NCBI GenBank assembly: GCA_048571215.1
Contig: CP182352.1
Span: 1,888,001 to 1,952,000 of the forward strand
Direction of reading: 5' to 3'
Length of the DNA stretch: 64,000 nt
DNA from: Halarcobacter sp.
GTDB lineage: Bacteria > Campylobacterota > Campylobacteria > Campylobacterales > Arcobacteraceae
In this document: piece by piece, positions 59,551 through 64,000 of the stretch
Position numbering within the stretch: the stretch's first letter is position 1
Layout of the letters: every line of letters begins with the position of its first letter
Notes under the pieces: generated by a model
What the model was told of the DNA's origin: nothing
What the model saw: only the letters and a program-made list of their open reading frames with translations
Database searches by the model: none
Translations under genes and position numbers: made by a program

Positions 59551-60945
59551 ATGGGATACAGTTCAACACACTTTAAATCAATAAATCCATACACTGAAGA
59601 AACAGTGTATGAGATCCCTATGAATACACCTGAAGAGGTAAAGGATATTATTGAAAACTCTCAAAAGGCATATTTAAATACTTGGAGAGATACTTCTTTT
59701 GAACAAAGAGCAGAACTTTTAAGAGCTGTTGCAAAAGAGATGAAAGATAATCTTGATGAATATGCATTACCTATGACAGAAGAGATGGGTAAACCTATAA
59801 ATGAAGCAAGAGGTGAAGTAAATAAAGCGGCTTGGGCTGCTGAACACTATGCCGAAAATGCACAAGAATACTTAAAAACAGAATATATTGATTCTGATGC
59901 AACAGAAAGTTATGTTCAATATTTACCATTAGGTGTAACCTTAGGAGTTCTTCCTTGGAATGCACCTTTTTGGTTGGCTTTTAGATATTTGGCTCCTGCA
60001 CTTATGTCTGGGAATACTTGTATTATGAAACATGATTCCCATACACCATTATGTGCAGTTAAAATCGTACAAGCTTTTGAAAAAGCTGGTATGCCTGCAA
60101 ACGTAGTACAAAATGTTGTGATAAACCACTCTCAAATTGAAGCAATCATTAGACATCCTTTGGTAACAGGAGTTTCTCTAACAGGTTCATCAAAAGCAGG
60201 TGCTGCAATTGGTGGTATTGCAGGAAGTGAAATCAAGCCAGTTGTACTTGAACTTGGGGGTAGTGATCCAGCTATTGTATTAGCTGATACAAAAGATTTA
60301 GAACATGCAGCAGATGTAATTGTATTATCAAGATATATAAATGCTGGTCAATCTTGTATCGCTGCAAAAAGAATCATTGTAGAAGAACCAATTTATGAAG
60401 ATTTTATCACTTTACTAAAAGAGAGATTTGAAAAACTAACTTTAGGTGACCCTAAAGATGAATCAACAAAAATTGGTCCAATAGCTAGACGTGAGTTAGT
60501 TGATGAGATGCATGAGCAAGTTAATAGATCAGTTAGTGCTGGAGCTAGACTGGTTTTAGGTGGTGAGATGCATGAAGGTCAAGGATTTTTCTTTCCAGTA
60601 ACTCTTTTAGCAGATGTAGAACCAGGTATGGTTGTATCTTGTCAAGAAACATTTGGACCAATTGCAGCAGTAATTAAAGCAAAAGATGCAGACCATGCAG
60701 TAAAAATTGCAAATGATACTGAATACGGTTTGGGTGGTTCTGTTTGGACAGGCGATGTTAAAAAAGGTCAAGAGATGGCTAGAAAAATAGTTACGGGACA
60801 AGTATCTATTAATGGAATTGTGAAATCAGACCCAAGACTTCCAAGTGGAGGAGTTAAAAAGTCAGGTTTAGGTAGAGAATTAGGACCTCATGGTATTAAA
60901 ATGTTTGTGAATACTCAACAAGTTTGGGTAGGTCCTGTTAAATAA
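59551..60945 (+). CDS. NAD(P)-dependent semialdehyde dehydrogenase (SSADH-like; DoeC role likely)
   Basis: PWNAP; LELGGSDP; NAGQSCIAAKR; ETFGP. Confidence 0.88.
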   Translation: MGYSSTHFKSINPYTEETVYEIPMNTPEEVKDIIENSQKAYLNTWRDTSFEQRAELLRAVAKEMKDNLDEYALPMTEEMGKPINEARGEVNKAAWAAEHYAENAQEYLKTEYIDSDATESYVQYLPLGVTLGVLPWNAPFWLAFRYLAPALMSGNTCIMKHDSHTPLCAVKIVQAFEKAGMPANVVQNVVINHSQIEAIIRHPLVTGVSLTGSSKAGAAIGGIAGSEIKPVVLELGGSDPAIVLADTKDLEHAADVIVLSRYINAGQSCIAAKRIIVEEPIYEDFITLLKERFEKLTLGDPKDESTKIGPIARRELVDEMHEQVNRSVSAGARLVLGGEMHEGQGFFFPVTLLADVEPGMVVSCQETFGPIAAVIKAKDADHAVKIANDTEYGLGGSVWTGDVKKGQEMARKIVTGQVSINGIVKSDPRLPSGGVKKSGLGRELGPHGIKMFVNTQQVWVGPVK

Positions 60946-60967
60946 TTAGCTATTAGTAAGGAAAAAA

Positions 60968-62152
60968 ATGAAAGCTAAATTGCCTTTTACAAAAAAAGAG
61001 TATATCCAAAGGGTTAGAAAAGTTAAATCGATGATGCAACAAAGAAGAATCGATGTATTAATTGCAACTGATCCAGGAAATATGAACTGGCTTACAGGAT
61101 ATGATGGTTGGTCTTTTTATGTTCATCAAGGGGTTATTATCTCCCTTGATGAAGAGGAACCTATTTGGTTTGGAAGACTTATGGATAAAAATGCAGCCTT
61201 AATAAAATGTTATATGAAAGAGGAAAACCTATATGGTTATCCAGAAAAATATGTACAAAACTTAGATGAACATCCAATGACTTGGATAGGTTTAAATATC
61301 TTTAATAAAAAAGGTTGGACAAAGTGTAATATAGCAACTGAAAGGGATAACTATTATTATTCTGCAGAAGCACACTTTAGACTAATTGCAACTTTACCAA
61401 ATGCAAACTTTATAAATGCAAATAATTTAGTAAATTGGGCTAGAGGAATTAAGTCTAAAAAAGAGATTGAGTATATGAAAATAGCTGGAAAAATCACTCA
61501 AAAAATTCATCAAAGAGTTTTAGATGTAGTTAGAGTTGGTATTCCAAAGAGTCATGTTGTTTCACAAATCTATGAAACTGCAATTGCAGGTGTTGATGGT
61601 TATGGAGGAGATTATCCTTCGATTGTTCCCCTACTTCCATCGGGAGCTGATGCTTCAGCATCTCATATTACTTGGGATGAACGACCTTTTAAAAAGAATG
61701 AGGCAACATATTTTGAGATATCGGGTTGTTATAAAAGATACCATGCTCCAATGTCTAGAACAATTTTTATGGGAAAACCTGAACAAAAATTTTTAGATGC
61801 AGAAAAAGCATTGGTTGAAGCAATTGATGCGGGATTAGAGCAGGCAAAACCAGGTAATAGAACTTGTGATATTGCAAATGCAGTTGATTTGGTTATGAAA
61901 AAATATGGAATAGATAGAAATGATGCCAGATGTGGTTATCCAATAGGGGTAAGTTACCCACCAGATTGGGGGGAAAGAACTTGTAGTTTAAGACCTTCTG
62001 ATTTGACTGTACTTGAACCGGGGATGACTTTTCACTTTATGCCAGGTATTTGGCAAGATAATTGGGGAATGGAGATTACTGAAAGTATTTATATTACAAA
62101 TACTGGGGTTGAAACTTTTTGTGATTTTCCAAGAGAATTATTTATCAAATAG
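60968..62152 (+). CDS. doeA: Ectoine hydrolase (M24 family, DoeA/EutD)
   Basis: NMNWLTGYDGWSFYVHQ; GGDYP.IVPL; GVSYPPDWGERT; GMTFHFMPG. Confidence 0.9.
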   Translation: MKAKLPFTKKEYIQRVRKVKSMMQQRRIDVLIATDPGNMNWLTGYDGWSFYVHQGVIISLDEEEPIWFGRLMDKNAALIKCYMKEENLYGYPEKYVQNLDEHPMTWIGLNIFNKKGWTKCNIATERDNYYYSAEAHFRLIATLPNANFINANNLVNWARGIKSKKEIEYMKIAGKITQKIHQRVLDVVRVGIPKSHVVSQIYETAIAGVDGYGGDYPSIVPLLPSGADASASHITWDERPFKKNEATYFEISGCYKRYHAPMSRTIFMGKPEQKFLDAEKALVEAIDAGLEQAKPGNRTCDIANAVDLVMKKYGIDRNDARCGYPIGVSYPPDWGERTCSLRPSDLTVLEPGMTFHFMPGIWQDNWGMEITESIYITNTGVETFCDFPRELFIK

Positions 62153-62246
62153 ATTTAATCTAATAAGGAGGTATGATAATTAAAAAAATCACACTAATAA
62201 AAAGTATTAAATTAGAACTAAAATCAAAATAGAGAAAGGAATTAAC

Positions 62247-63254
62247 ATGAGATTATTTAAAGGTTTAGTAATAGCAGGACTTATTACTGTTACAAGTTTA
62301 AGTGCAGCAACGTGGAAATATGCATTTGGGGAGGGTGAAAGTGATCCTCAAGGGATTTATGCAACAGCATTCAAAAATTTTATTGAAGAAAATTCTAGAA
62401 ATAAAATAGAATTATATAAAGTGGGAAGTCTTGGTGAAGAGACTGACTTAATGGAACAAACAAGAGCTGGATTGATCCAATTTTTAGGACAATCAACTGG
62501 ATATATGGGTGGAACTATCCCAGAAATGGATATCTTTACAGTGCCATATGTTATGCCTACAGATACAAAAGAATTAGACTACTTCTTTAAACATTCTAAA
62601 GTTGTTAATGAGATGCTACCAAAAATCTTCCACAAACATGGCTTAGAGTTATTATCAATATTTCCTGAAGGTGAAATGGCAGTTACAACTTTTGAAGAGT
62701 TTCATTCACCTGCAGATTTACAAGGTAAAAAAATGAGAGTTATGCCTGGTTCTCCTATTTTAGTTGAAACATATAAAGCTTTTGGCGCTTCACCACAACC
62801 AATGTCTTGGGGTGATTTAGTAGGTGCTCTTAAAACAGGGATGGTTGATGGACAAGAAAATCCAACTGTATGGATTGAAGCTTATGGTTTAGATAACTTA
62901 ACAAAAGTTCTAACATATACTGGACATGGACACTTCAATGCATCTGTTAGTGCTAATAAAAAGTTTTATGATGGTTTATCAAAAAGAGATAAAAGACTAG
63001 TTCAAAAAGCAGCTGAATTTGCACAGAAAACAATTTTAAGAGAAGCTCAAAAACTTGATGCTTATGGATTAGGAAGAATTATCAGAACTAACCCAACATA
63101 TAAAATTGTTACATTAACTAAAGATGAAAGAAAAGTATTCAAAGAAAAAGCTAAAGCTGTTCAAGAGTCTTTTGCATCTAAAAGTGCATCAAATAAAAAA
63201 ATTATGGATCAAATGATGAAAGATTTATCTGCTGCGGAAACTAATGCTAAATAA
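62247..63254 (+). CDS. TRAP solute-binding protein (DctP; TeaA/UehA-like)
   Basis: Signal peptide; WKYA..E....Q..YA..FK; EQTRAG; PEGEM; DGQENP; next to doeA. Confidence 0.85.
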   Translation: MRLFKGLVIAGLITVTSLSAATWKYAFGEGESDPQGIYATAFKNFIEENSRNKIELYKVGSLGEETDLMEQTRAGLIQFLGQSTGYMGGTIPEMDIFTVPYVMPTDTKELDYFFKHSKVVNEMLPKIFHKHGLELLSIFPEGEMAVTTFEEFHSPADLQGKKMRVMPGSPILVETYKAFGASPQPMSWGDLVGALKTGMVDGQENPTVWIEAYGLDNLTKVLTYTGHGHFNASVSANKKFYDGLSKRDKRLVQKAAEFAQKTILREAQKLDAYGLGRIIRTNPTYKIVTLTKDERKVFKEKAKAVQESFASKSASNKKIMDQMMKDLSAAETNAK

Positions 63255-63265
63255 TCTTTTTTAAT

Positions 63266-63324
63266 TATAGTAATCCACTTTATGTGGATTTACTATAGTA
63301 GATTATAGGTTCTGTAATCTACTA
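63266..63324 (+). other. Two tandem stem-loops between the binding-protein and permease genes
   Basis: TATAGTAATCCAC-tttat-GTGGATTTACTATA followed by TAGTAGATTA..TAATCTACTA. Confidence 0.55.
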
Positions 63325-63342
63325 TGGTAAAAGGAATATGAT

Positions 63343-63915
63343 ATGAATGAAAACACAAAAAAAAATCCTTTATTAAGAGCTTTAGATACCCTAGATAGTA
63401 TTTTAAGTAAGTTCGAAGGGGTGATGTTAGCCTTAGGTGTTATAGCAATGGCAGTTACTACAATTGCAGCTGTGATTTCAAGATTTGTTTTTAATGATGC
63501 CTTAACAGTTACAGATGAGCTCAATATGATTTTTATTGTAGTTGTAACTTTTGCAGGTTTAAGTTATGCCGCAAGAAATGGAAGACATATTCGAATGTCA
63601 GCTATATATGATGCCATGCCAACAAAAATGAGAAAAGTTATAATGATATGTATCTCTTTTATCACTTCTATGTTTATGTTTTTATTAGCTAAATACTCTT
63701 TTGGTTATATTGTAGAAGTTTACCAAAGTGGTAGAATTCTTCCAGCTATTGGTATTCCTGTTTTTTATGTTTACATATGGGTTCCTGTGGGATTTACGGT
63801 TACAGGCTTACAATACTTTTTTACTGTAATTAAAAATATAAGTGAATCGGATGTATATCTATCTACTACTGTAAGAGATGGTTATAGTGATTCTAAAAAT
63901 GATATTGAAGTATAA
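63343..63915 (+). CDS. TRAP small permease (DctQ; TeaB-like)
   Basis: Four TMs; YAARNGRHIRMSAIYD. Confidence 0.9.
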   Translation: MNENTKKNPLLRALDTLDSILSKFEGVMLALGVIAMAVTTIAAVISRFVFNDALTVTDELNMIFIVVVTFAGLSYAARNGRHIRMSAIYDAMPTKMRKVIMICISFITSMFMFLLAKYSFGYIVEVYQSGRILPAIGIPVFYVYIWVPVGFTVTGLQYFFTVIKNISESDVYLSTTVRDGYSDSKNDIEV

Positions 63916-63924
63916 GGAAGAGCT

Positions 63925-64000
63925 ATGAAACCTAATTTAAAACAAATATTTATTTTACTTTTTTTAATACTAAGTTTTACAATCCCAAGTTTTGCTAAGG
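63925..64000 (+). CDS. Start of next gene (signal-peptide-like N-terminus), truncated by window end
   Basis: AAGGA RBS; MKPNLKQIFILLFLILSFTIPSFAK. Confidence 0.6.
   Translation, partial: MKPNLKQIFILLFLILSFTIPSFAK

Overview
Very AT-rich chromosomal window whose gene content and style suggest a Campylobacterota, most likely Arcobacteraceae (inference). 1-6.6 kb: type II secretion (gsp) cluster on the minus strand. 6.6-19.6 kb: five co-oriented genes for exported proteins, headed by a 2704-aa Ig/cadherin-repeat lipoprotein and linked by two shared domain types. 19.8-47 kb: housekeeping and accessory genes, including a GGDEF relic, SagB-type dehydrogenase, NAD-GDH, ybaK, alkylation-repair protein, diguanylate cyclase, an IS256 with 8-bp TSD, a truncated leuA with a Leu-rich leader peptide, ppaC, ferritin, a YbhGFSR-type exporter, lhgO, an MCP, a TAXI-TRAP system and TetR. 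47.8-52.2 kb: integron-type gene-cassette region with 7 cassettes, 6 attC sites (one split by an IS1182 remnant) and one truncated attC. No integrase is present, but two copies of a conserved attI-like entry site are. 52.4-64 kb: a two-component system, asparaginase and aspA, and a divergent ectoine-catabolism/TRAP operon preceded by a 49-codon upstream ORF that may be a regulatory leader peptide. No rRNA, tRNA or CRISPR array was seen. All product calls come from motif recognition by eye, not from database searches.
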